A DNA stretch of 64,000 bases from Blepharisma stoltei ATCC 30299 (Eukaryota; Protista; Ciliophora): contig CBFDEM010000048.1 of assembly GCA_965603825.1 (NCBI GenBank), forward strand, positions 248,001-312,000, read 5' to 3'. Position numbers and translations under genes: made by a program. The notes beneath the pieces are model-generated. The model made no database searches. It saw only the letters and a list, made by a program, of their open reading frames with translations, and had not been told where the DNA came from. Below are positions 25,770 through 35,229 of this stretch, in pieces. How positions within the stretch are numbered: position 1 is the first letter of the stretch; the number at the start of each line of letters is the position of its first letter.

Positions 25770-28700
25770 ATGAGAATTAAAGAAATTGTCCTTGAAGGCT
25801 TCAAATCCTATGCCCAAAGAACTGTGATTTCTGGGTTCGATTTTCACTTCAATGCAATCACAGGCTTTAATGGGAGTGGGAAATCAAACATTCTAGACGC
25901 CATTTGCTTCGTCCTCGGAATTTCCACACTCTCAACAGTTCGTGTTTCAAACTTGCAAGAATTGATTTATAAGAACGGCCAAGCAGGAGTCACCAGAGCA
26001 AACGTAACCATCCTTTTCGATAATACCGACAAGGAAAGGTCCTATGAAGCTTACAAAAAATGTGACCAAATATCGGTAAGAAGAGAAATTTCCATCGGTG
26101 GCCAATCCAAATACACTATAAATGGCACCAAAGTGACAGCAGAAAAAGTGAAATCTCTATTCACCATGTCAGGATTGAATGTAAACAACGCCAATTTTAT
26201 GATCATGCAAGGCAGAATTACTCAAGTCACCAATATGAAGCCAGCAGAAATCCTCAGCTTAGTCGAAGAAACTGCAGGAACTAATGCTTATGAAGTCATT
26301 AAGAAGAAAACCCAAGCCACAATTGATAAGAAGAATTTTAAACTTCAAGAAATGGAAGATACGCTAAATAACGAAATAAATCCGAAGCTCGAGAATCTTC
26401 AGAAAGAAAAAGAAGAATTTCTCAGGTGGAAATCCTTGTGTGACGAACTTCAAGAACTTGGCCAAAAAATATCTGCAGCAAAATATCAGGAGCTGCTTAA
26501 TGAAATCAAAAACTCTGAAGAATTGGCAAGAGACTTTGATAACCAAAATGAGAGTTTAGCAAAAAAAGAGGCAGTCGTTAAGAAAAAGCTTGCAAAAGCG
26601 ACACATGAGTATGAAGAACTTATGAAGAAAAGCCAAGCTCTTGTGTCTGAAGAAGAACAGAGGAAATTAGATGAGCTGAGAGTTCATAAGGAAAAATCTG
26701 AAATGGAGCTTAAGAGGAAAACTAAAGAGATGGGCGAAAAAACTTCAGAAATCAATGGGGTCACGAAAACCCTGGTATCATTGAACTCAGATATTGTGAG
26801 AAATAAGCAACAGCTAGTGGAACTAAAAGGTAGTAAAGAGAAACTTGATCGAGAAGTTAAAGAGAAAAAAGATGAACTTGAAAGTCTACAGACTAGAAAA
26901 CAAGCTCTTGAACAAGGAATTCCGCTTGAAGATGATTTAAATGAGTCCAGGATCCAGACAAAGGAAAGAGCTCTTGATAAAGTCAAACAAGAAATCGCTA
27001 CCACTGACTTAAAAATTCAGCAGTCTAAGAAAAAATATGAAGCCAAATTAGCCCAAATTTCTAGAAATAGAGAAAATCATGACCAAGGCGCTGGCGAAAT
27101 TAACGCAATCCAAGAGCGCATTCAAGAAATCCAAGAAGAATTAGAAAAAAGAGGTGGAAAAGATTTTGATAGAGATTTAAGACAGCTTGAAAATGAGAAA
27201 CAAGAATTGGAGCAAGAAATCCGCAATGCTGAAAGGCATCTGACAGAACTAAACGCAAATCGATTTAGCTTAGATTATTCTGATCCAGAGCCAGGCTTTG
27301 ATAGAAATAAAGTGAAAGGAAGAGTCATAAGACTTATTAATATCAAGCATGAAAAGTATGCACGTGGGCTTGAAGCTGGAGCTGCTGGAGGCCTTTTCAG
27401 TGTTGTTGTTGATACAGATGTTACTGGGCAACTCCTACTTAGAAGAAGAGCATTAGGAAATGTCAAAATTCTTCCTAACAATAAAATGCAGCCGACTATA
27501 ATATCAAATGATATAAAGAGAAGGGTTTCTGACATTTTTGGACAGAGAGCTCAAGTGGCCTTAGATCTAATTGAGTATGACCCTCAAATTCATAACTCCA
27601 TCGCTCATGTTTTTGGGAATTTTTATGTATGTGAAACTAAAGAAATGGCTCAAAGAATTGCTTATTCCAATGATATCAGGAAAATAGCAGTAACTCTAGA
27701 AGGCGATTTATATGATCCTAATGGCTCAATTAGTGGTGGACAAAGTCTTAACAGTTCTTCAATGCTAGAAAGCTTGAATAGAATCCATCAATTCGAGTAC
27801 GCCCATAAAAATGCAAAAAGAAAGCTCGAAGAAATTATGGTAAAAATAAATAATATCGGGCAGCAGCAAAAATCACTGCAAAAGCTTAGAAATGAATTAG
27901 ATATCAAAAACAATGATTTGCGAAACAAAGAAGCTATGCAAAAAGAGTCCTCTTTTGCCAGACTGCAAGAAGAAGTCGAAGAACTCAAAGGAAACTTACA
28001 AGTTTTCCAGCAGAACATTATAGATCTCAATAGAAATAGAGCAGATATTGAAAAAGAAATAGTTACTTTAAAAAGAGAAAGCCAAAAAGGTGTGGATCAG
28101 GCAGAAGTCCTTAGAAAAACCCTTGCAAAAACTGACAAAGAGTTTAAACAGCTAAATAAGTCAAGAGACGTCATAAGGGACAAAATATGCGAAGTTGAAG
28201 AAGAAACGGAATCGAAAGAAAAAGATAAAGTATTTGAGGAGGACAAGCTAAGAAACCTTAATAATGAAGCTGATAGAGAAAAGAGAGAGTTAGATAAGCT
28301 GAGGGAGCTGGTAGCAAAAATAGTAAAAGAATTTGAGCATGCAAATCTACAGTATGAACTATTATTAGAAAAAATCGCATTAAATACAACAGCTCAAGAA
28401 GAAATCAAGAAAACCAAAGAAAACTTCGAAAGAGAAATCGAAAATATTCACAAAGACTTGCAAAGCCTCGAAAATAAAAAGAAAAATCTTCAAAAAACGC
28501 TTGAAAAAGCTTTTAGAGAAACGAGAGCTTTAGAAGATCAAAATCCTTGGCTTTCTGACTTTGACATGGACCTTTCTAATTTTGACAGAAACATCGAAGA
28601 AGGCCGATATTTACGTCTAAAAGACGAAATAGACAAACAGTCTAAAAGAGTCAACAAAAAAGTATCAAGCACCCTCGACGACCAAGAAAAGAGATTCAAA

Positions 28701-29267
28701 CAGCTGACAGAAAAAAGAAAAATCGTTTTAGGAGACAAAGAAAAGCTTCAAGAGCTCATCGAAGACTTAGATAAAAGAAAGCAAGAGTGCATTAAAAAGA
28801 CATGGATAGAAGTCGACAAACATCTTGGAAATATTTTTAGCACGTTAATACCAGGGACCACCGCCAAACTAGTAGAAATTGATGATGAGCTAACAGGGCT
28901 TGAAATGAAGGTTGGCTTCAGTGGAGTCTGGAAAAAGAGCTTAACTGAGCTTAGCGGAGGACAAAGGTCTATTTTAGCTCTTTCCTTCATATTAGCATTG
29001 CTCAAGTACAACCCAGCCCCTATTTACATTCTTGATGAAATCGACGCAGCTCTAGATATGTCGCACACCCAAAATATTGGCCAAATGGTTTCGACCCACT
29101 TTTCTGAGTCACAATTTATTGTAGTATCCTTAAAAGAAGGAATGTTCACCAACGCCAATGTGCTCTTCAGAACTCAATTCATTGACGGCAAAAGTACTGT
29201 GGAGCGGCACGCTCTCAGAATTAACTCTGCTGATGAGCAGCATAGGTCCAAAAAGAGTTTCAGATAA
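25770..29267 (+). CDS. SMC2: Structural maintenance of chromosomes protein 2 (condensin), 1165 aa
   Basis: GFKSYA, FNAITGFNGSGKSNILDAICFVLG, coiled coils, hinge, WKKSLTELSGGQRS and LDEIDAALD are SMC2-type motifs. Confidence 0.95.
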   Translation: MRIKEIVLEGFKSYAQRTVISGFDFHFNAITGFNGSGKSNILDAICFVLGISTLSTVRVSNLQELIYKNGQAGVTRANVTILFDNTDKERSYEAYKKCDQISVRREISIGGQSKYTINGTKVTAEKVKSLFTMSGLNVNNANFMIMQGRITQVTNMKPAEILSLVEETAGTNAYEVIKKKTQATIDKKNFKLQEMEDTLNNEINPKLENLQKEKEEFLRWKSLCDELQELGQKISAAKYQELLNEIKNSEELARDFDNQNESLAKKEAVVKKKLAKATHEYEELMKKSQALVSEEEQRKLDELRVHKEKSEMELKRKTKEMGEKTSEINGVTKTLVSLNSDIVRNKQQLVELKGSKEKLDREVKEKKDELESLQTRKQALEQGIPLEDDLNESRIQTKERALDKVKQEIATTDLKIQQSKKKYEAKLAQISRNRENHDQGAGEINAIQERIQEIQEELEKRGGKDFDRDLRQLENEKQELEQEIRNAERHLTELNANRFSLDYSDPEPGFDRNKVKGRVIRLINIKHEKYARGLEAGAAGGLFSVVVDTDVTGQLLLRRRALGNVKILPNNKMQPTIISNDIKRRVSDIFGQRAQVALDLIEYDPQIHNSIAHVFGNFYVCETKEMAQRIAYSNDIRKIAVTLEGDLYDPNGSISGGQSLNSSSMLESLNRIHQFEYAHKNAKRKLEEIMVKINNIGQQQKSLQKLRNELDIKNNDLRNKEAMQKESSFARLQEEVEELKGNLQVFQQNIIDLNRNRADIEKEIVTLKRESQKGVDQAEVLRKTLAKTDKEFKQLNKSRDVIRDKICEVEEETESKEKDKVFEEDKLRNLNNEADREKRELDKLRELVAKIVKEFEHANLQYELLLEKIALNTTAQEEIKKTKENFEREIENIHKDLQSLENKKKNLQKTLEKAFRETRALEDQNPWLSDFDMDLSNFDRNIEEGRYLRLKDEIDKQSKRVNKKVSSTLDDQEKRFKQLTEKRKIVLGDKEKLQELIEDLDKRKQECIKKTWIEVDKHLGNIFSTLIPGTTAKLVEIDDELTGLEMKVGFSGVWKKSLTELSGGQRSILALSFILALLKYNPAPIYILDEIDAALDMSHTQNIGQMVSTHFSESQFIVVSLKEGMFTNANVLFRTQFIDGKSTVERHALRINSADEQHRSKKSFR

Positions 29268-29349
29268 GCTATATAGCATCATAACCAAATAATCTTTATA
29301 AGCTTCTCCATTCTATTAGAGAGTTTAATAAAGCTCCACGTATATAAAA

Positions 29350-30504
29350 ATGAAGTGGATTGCACCCCTATTGTTGGTAGCGTTTGCGTCTGCAACAGTA
29401 TTTTTCCAAGAAGAATTTAACGCTGACTGGGAGTCCAGATGGGTAAATTCTAACTGGAAGTCAGATGGAACTCAGGCCAAATTTAGGAGATCAGCTGGAA
29501 ATTGGTATGTAGATGCTGAAAAAGATCAAGGTCTCCAAACCACTGAAGACTATAGATTCTATGGAATCTCATCCAAATTCCCAGCTTTCACTAACCAAGG
29601 AAAGCCTCTTGTTGTGCAATACACCGTTAAGATGGAAAGAAACGTAGACTGCGGTGGTGGATACATTAAGATCCTTCCAGATGGATTCGACCAAAGCACA
29701 TTTGGTGGAGAAACCCCATACTTAGTCATGTTCGGGCCTGATATTTGTGGAAGTGAAAAGAAAACCCATTTGATCTTGTCTTATAAAGGAAAAAATTTCC
29801 TCAACACTAAGAGATTCAGATGTGAAACAGATAACTTAACACACCAATACACAGCTATCATTTTCCCAGACAACACTTACCAGTTTTTGATTGATAACCA
29901 AGAAGTGTCTAAAGGAACTCTTGAAGAGCATTGGGATATTCTGCCTAAGAAAGAAATCAAAGATCCAAGTGCCAAAAAGCCTGATGACTGGGTTGATGAG
30001 CCAACTCTGCCGGACCCAGAAGATAAAAAGCCAGAAGGATGGGACGATATTCCTGAATTGATTCCAGACCCTAACGCATCTAAGCCTGAAGACTGGGAAG
30101 AAAAAGACGGAGAATGGAAAGCACCTATGATCCCTAACCCAGAATACAAAGGAGAATGGAGGCCAAAGATGATTCCGAACCCAAGCTACAAAGGACCATG
30201 GACTGCCCCAACCATTCCTAACCCTGAGTACGTTGCAGAGCCAAACCTCCACGCTCTTGGAACCTATGGAGGTGTTGGTATTGAACTTTGGCAAGTCACT
30301 TCTGGAATAATTTTCGATAATATCATTGTCACTGATAGCGTAGAAGAAGCTAAAGCATTTTCTGAAAAAACTTTTGCCCATAGACTAGCTGGAGAACCTG
30401 ACGCAAAGAAAGCTTATGATGAAGCAGAAGAGGCTAAGAGACCTAAGCCACAAGAAACTGAAGATGAGCATGATCATGATCATGAAGGAAGAGAAGATCT
30501 TTAA
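29350..30504 (+). CDS. CALR: Calreticulin, 384 aa
   Basis: Signal peptide, DCGGGYIK, MFGPDICG, P-domain repeats (DP..KPEDW, GEW..PMI.NP.YKG), acidic tail, ER-retention-like REDL. Confidence 0.96.
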   Translation: MKWIAPLLLVAFASATVFFQEEFNADWESRWVNSNWKSDGTQAKFRRSAGNWYVDAEKDQGLQTTEDYRFYGISSKFPAFTNQGKPLVVQYTVKMERNVDCGGGYIKILPDGFDQSTFGGETPYLVMFGPDICGSEKKTHLILSYKGKNFLNTKRFRCETDNLTHQYTAIIFPDNTYQFLIDNQEVSKGTLEEHWDILPKKEIKDPSAKKPDDWVDEPTLPDPEDKKPEGWDDIPELIPDPNASKPEDWEEKDGEWKAPMIPNPEYKGEWRPKMIPNPSYKGPWTAPTIPNPEYVAEPNLHALGTYGGVGIELWQVTSGIIFDNIIVTDSVEEAKAFSEKTFAHRLAGEPDAKKAYDEAEEAKRPKPQETEDEHDHDHEGREDL

Positions 30505-30545
30505 AATAATTTAGACAGTTAAAATCATTTATAGATAAAAATAAA

Positions 30546-31343
30546 TTAATCTCCATCTGATATATCAGGATCAACGTATTTAGGGTTTGATTCTTTTAAG
30601 ACTGTCTTTTCCCACTCAATCAGAGAACCGACTGCTTGATTTTCTTCTTCTGTTCTCATCATCTTTACCCTGTCATTTCATTTCGTTCTATTAGGCCCTG
30701 TTGATTCATATGAAATTACAGTTGCAAAATCATTGTTAGTGATACTTCTGCCTTGGTGGGGAATTTTCTGTACATTTGTGCTCCCAGTAATTAAGCCACC
30801 AGGTTTATAGAAGTCTGTATCATGCTCTACTTTTTTATATGACTTATCTCCTAAGGCTCGGATTGAAAGCTGGTTTCTTTTATCATCTAACTCTGGGACT
30901 AGTTTTTTCTTTCCCATCAGCTTTTCGTGGAAATCGTATTCATCAGTTGGTACATCTTGGACTCTTTTTCCATCTTCTGTGAGGACAGTTTTCATGTTAA
31001 AAGGCATTTCAGGTCTATTTTTATTTGCAATGGGTGCAAAAACAGTATGCTTTTTTTCTGCTCTTGGCTTTGGAGGTTTTACGTTAAATTCGATTTTCTT
31101 TAGCCCAGTTGTTTTAGACATCTGATCATTTTTGTTTTTAACTTTTTTGAAGCAAGGTTTCCACTCTATAACAGTTGTGCATTCGGGCACATCGAAATGT
31201 CGGCGTCCTTTTAATTCCTCGATGCCTGTGTTTGTTTCTCCTATTAAGCCTTTCATTCCTAGTTCTGCTTGAGAAGCTGGGCCCGTGATTTTTTTCCCTC
31301 CTTGAAATTTGTTAGAAGTTGCACCGTCCCATTCAACATACAT
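30546..31343 (-). CDS. Hypothetical protein, 265 aa
   Basis: ORF 30678..31343 continues through TGA 30678-30680 (RTK-W-NDRVK...LIEWEK) to TAA at 30546-30548. Confidence 0.75.
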
Positions 31344-31623
31344 TTTATATATGAAATAACTGAAGTTAAATGGAAGTATTAATTTTGCTTTAAATTCTTT
31401 AGATCTTAAATAAAATTAATGGTCATTTTAGAGAATAACCATAAGCGTACTTATGCAGCAGATAATAGTATTATTTTTCAATCAAAAAATATTTAAAAAT
31501 TGATTTCTTTTTATTAATATTTTTAATGATTCAAATTGAGAATTAGGCAATAATCTTCTTTTCAATTTTACTTCAGAAACCTAAAATATTGATTTTTTAT
31601 TATCTAGATATTAATTATTAAAA

Positions 31624-32541
31624 ATGAATGCTCTAGCAGTGTGTGGGATATTGTCAGCTGTCATTTATGCCCTTCTATTTAACTTTACCTTAGTGAAAAT
31701 ATTTCTGATTTTTGGAGGTCTCTATGGAGTTTGCTCGTGGATTTTTGTTGGTCTTTCTGCTTCTAAATATAATAATGCAAGAAGGAAGATCATGATTTGT
31801 ACTTGGTCAGACCCAGTAGGACCTGAAATTTATGGCTGCATCAAAATGAACTTTGAAAACGCTGCAAAATTCTTAAATGAATTGCAAGAGAAAACAGGGA
31901 AGCACATAACATATGTTCATTTAGTTCTGAAAACCATTGGCGAAATGCTAAAAGAGTTTCCAGATTTAAATGGAAGGCTAACTCAAGGATGCTATGCTCC
32001 AAATTCATCAATTGATGTTTCTTTTATGGTGCCTGTTGATGAAAGAAATATTTCTTATCCAATCTGCATAAAATCAATTGACCAGAAAAATTTAGCAGAA
32101 ATTTCAGAAGAAGTAGAAAAAGGTGTGAAAGAGGCTCAAAATAAAAAGGAGATTGCTTTGTTAAAATATGTTCCAACATGCTTTAGAGGTGTTTTATGTG
32201 AAATTAGAGCTTGGCTTACAGTCTCATTAGGATTGCATATTCCCTTCTTGGGCTCTTTGAGCTATCCATCTGGACACTGCTTAGTAAGCGATATATCATA
32301 CACTGAATTAGACACAATATACCTTCCTTTCACACCATCACTAAGAAGCCCTGTCAGTTTTGTCATAAACTCAGTCAAGCCAGAGCCTTGTGTCATCAAT
32401 GGCGCTCCAGCTGTTCAATCATTCCTAACCCTAACTGGCACAATTGATCACAGATACCTCGACGGAGTCCGTGCCGCTAAAGCTCAAAACAAAATCAAAG
32501 AAATCCTTGAGAACCCAGCAAACTTCTTTAAATTAGACTAA
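31624..32541 (+). CDS. 2-oxoacid-dehydrogenase E2-type acyltransferase, catalytic domain only, with N-terminal hydrophobic anchor, 305 aa
   Basis: TIDHRYLDG catalytic motif, FPDLNG, IDVSFMV. No lipoyl or E3-binding domain; hydrophobic first 45 aa. Confidence 0.8.
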   Translation: MNALAVCGILSAVIYALLFNFTLVKIFLIFGGLYGVCSWIFVGLSASKYNNARRKIMICTWSDPVGPEIYGCIKMNFENAAKFLNELQEKTGKHITYVHLVLKTIGEMLKEFPDLNGRLTQGCYAPNSSIDVSFMVPVDERNISYPICIKSIDQKNLAEISEEVEKGVKEAQNKKEIALLKYVPTCFRGVLCEIRAWLTVSLGLHIPFLGSLSYPSGHCLVSDISYTELDTIYLPFTPSLRSPVSFVINSVKPEPCVINGAPAVQSFLTLTGTIDHRYLDGVRAAKAQNKIKEILENPANFFKLD

Positions 32542-32587
32542 ATTAGCTTTATAATTTACTTTTTATTTTTATTTTTTACAATATGCT

Positions 32588-33280
32588 CTAGTTTTCAGCG
32601 CCTCAATACTGATATGAGCATTGGTTTGATTTGTGGCCAAACTCAGAACATCTATAGCACCTTACTTCTTTGACTCTCTGCTCAATAGGAACTGGGCATT
32701 TTGCAGGGATGTGGCCAAACTTCATACACCTGAAGCAGAGTTGCATTGCTTGATGATAATCCATAACCGAGGCGTCTGGATGGCACTTATAGAAAGCATC
32801 TTCAAGATAAGCTTCATCCATATAGTCTATATGCTCTTTAGGACAGGCGTTTCCTAAAATACACGTCTGAGTTTCTGCGTACTGCAAGCAAATTTCTTTT
32901 CTTACGTGTTTGAATTTGCAAAACTTACCTTGCTCACAAAAGCCCATTTTGTAGTAAATGCATTCTTTTTGCTCGCGTCTTTCGGCGCTGTGTTTGAATT
33001 TGCAGTCGGGATTTTTGCACTCGCCGTCAATCATGAAATTGCGGCACTCAGGAAGCTTGTCTTCGGTTATTTCATGAAGATAGGGGCATAGAGAGCCTTT
33101 TGAGCATTCTTTGTAGATAAGAAGATATTTGCAAACTACTTCGCGTATTGGAAAAGTGTGTTTAAAATTGCATAGCTTACCAGCTTCACAATTTCCAGTG
33201 AAAAAGTTCTTGCAGACTCTTGGATCCAGAATATCTGTTCCTTCAGAGAGTGTGTCAGTACTAGTGGTCTCTTCTTCCAT
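32588..33280 (-). CDS. CPSF4: CPSF30/YTH1-like protein (5 CCCH fingers plus 2 CCHC knuckles), 230 aa
   Basis: Five CCCH fingers, then CFRCMKFGHIPAKC and CYRCSEFGHKSNQC. If TGA 32603 is Trp the protein ends YQY-W-GAEN-TAG at 32588. Confidence 0.8.
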
Positions 33281-33575
33281 TTTATAATTGAGTTAGATAA
33301 GTCCCGGATTTTTTTAAGCTGAGAGAAAGACTAGGATTTGAATTAATAAGCGAAGATAAATATAAATGAATAGACTATTTCAGATTTTTTGATTGGGAAT
33401 TTAAATTAAATAGAAATTCTTTTTATAGTCAAGATAAAAAATAGTTGTTATAAATACTTGCTGGAGGTTAATAATAAAAATGATTATTTTTGTAATTGCG
33501 AAAAGAATGGTAAGATTTTTAAGTTTTTTTTTCTCAAATTCTTCAAATTTAAATTTATTAAAAATTAAATTAATC

Positions 33576-35144
33576 TTAAATATGTTCAATCTGATTTAAG
33601 TTGAGAAAGTTTATAACATCTGGATTAGTTCTCAGTTCATTCTGATCAATAATTTTTTGTAAAAATTCAGTCAATTTGGTCATTCGCTTTGTTACAACTT
33701 TAGGGTCAACTGAAGATACCCCAATCCCTGAAGAAGGAATGCTAGGCATGTTGATTTCCAGCTTCTTTAGCTTCTCCCTCAATTCTTTAAACTCACTAAA
33801 TCTATGATGACTTCAGATTTCTTCAAATCCTAATTTTACACAAATATCATAAACAGTGTGAGTTTTATGTCCCTGTCCTTCTTGATGTGTAGAGTTAATA
33901 TAGACTGTATGCTTATTTTCAGCTATGAAGCTTCCAATTCTTTCTCTCCTAATAGATTCTTCATCAACAATTGGTTCAGGTGAAGAGTCAAATTGCTTGG
34001 TTTGAGATACAGAATAAGGAATAATAATTTGGCTTTTTCTTTTTCCATAGAATTTTAATTTTTCATTAGGCTGCAAAAATGTTTTAAAATTTTCAAATTC
34101 TGAGTAGTTGTTTAGGATGAACTCTAGTAAATTATTGAAAGCTGACACCCTTTCTTTTATTTTATTTATATCTATAAGGCCTCTGAATATTTGTTACTTT
34201 ATTGCCGTTTGTGCAGGAAAAGGTGGGAAATTAGAATTTAGATGCTGAGTTTCAAGCTCTTTATAGAGACTTAAAAACTCTCGATATCTTCTTCTAGTCT
34301 GTTCAATTATCTTTGACGATTTTCCTTTGTAAATCCTAATAATATAATAAACAATTGGGTCTCCATGATTCTCATCAACTTCATAATCTTCCACAACAAC
34401 TTTTTGAATTTTTTCTCTGACACTTTTCCGTCTTTTTATTTCTTGTATTTTTACTTCTTCATCAAAATATGACGTTTCATTGAATTTTTCCCACACATCT
34501 TGCTCTTCCAGCTCCTTTGTTTTTCCTGATCCTACATAGGAGTCGCTGATAACTTGATAGTATCCTTCAACTTGTTCTTTTTGCTGATTATTTAAATCTT
34601 CTGGCTTTAAAAACCCATAAACACATATAGAACCATAAAATGAAAGCAAGATAATATGCTCGACCTTTGTATTTTGGTAATATGATACATTGGAATCATA
34701 GGTAATAAGTATTGACACACAAGCAAATTGTTGAAGCAGCATGGCGACCCATCAAATTCTAAGCCAAATAGAAGTCTTGCCAGCTATTAAATACTCTTTT
34801 CTAGTAATATAAACAGAGATCAGCCAAGATATGGAATCTCCGAATATCTGGATCAGAGGTCCGATCCCATAAGTCTCTTCACAAGAAAACATCCAAAGAG
34901 CAAGCGAAAAAGCAACTGCAAAGCACAGCAACGAGTTCACCAATTTAATTAAATGGCTCCTTGTATAGTTTAGGACGACATCCACAGACTCTTCTACTTG
35001 AAATTTTTTAGATTTTATCCAAACAATAATCAAGCTTGCTCAAATGAAGGCTGGAACTACTCTGAATAGCTTTTACATAATAGAATAGCACGCAATAATG
35101 CTATTGGAAAGCTAATTAGCGCTTACACACATTTCGACTTTCAT
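33576..35144 (-). CDS. Multi-pass membrane protein with two C-terminal PX domains, 3 introns, about 507 aa
   Basis: ATG 35144; introns 35112-35126, 35062-35076 and 34183-34197; TGA at 35040, 34752 and 33813. PX motifs RRRYREFLSLYKEL..FPPFP and HRFSEFKELREKL..MPSIP..R...L.EFL. Confidence 0.8.
34183..34197 (-). other. 15-nt intron GTAACAAATATTCAG
   Basis: Removes an in-frame TAA inside the first PX domain; A at -6. Confidence 0.85.
35062..35076 (-). other. 15-nt intron GTAAAAGCTATTCAG
   Basis: Removes an in-frame TAA; A at -6. Confidence 0.7.
35112..35126 (-). other. 15-nt intron GTAAGCGCTAATTAG
   Basis: Removes an in-frame TAG after an 18-nt first coding exon (MKVEMC); A at -6. Confidence 0.7.
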
Positions 35145-35229
35145 ATTTTAGCTAAAATATATGTTGTGTGCTATTTCTTACTTGTTAATTATTACATGTG
35201 TATGTGTATTATCAAATTGTGACGATCTC

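Noticed and set aside
29836-30381. 181-aa antisense ORF over calreticulin, and similar short shadow ORFs over HECT, SMC2, LNR, TRAP1 and Amt
   Set aside because: They lie opposite or out of frame to well-supported genes, have no motifs, and are expected from codon bias.
33401-33589. 62-aa ORF
   Set aside because: Extremely AT-rich intergenic sequence overlapping the end of the PX gene; composition is non-coding.
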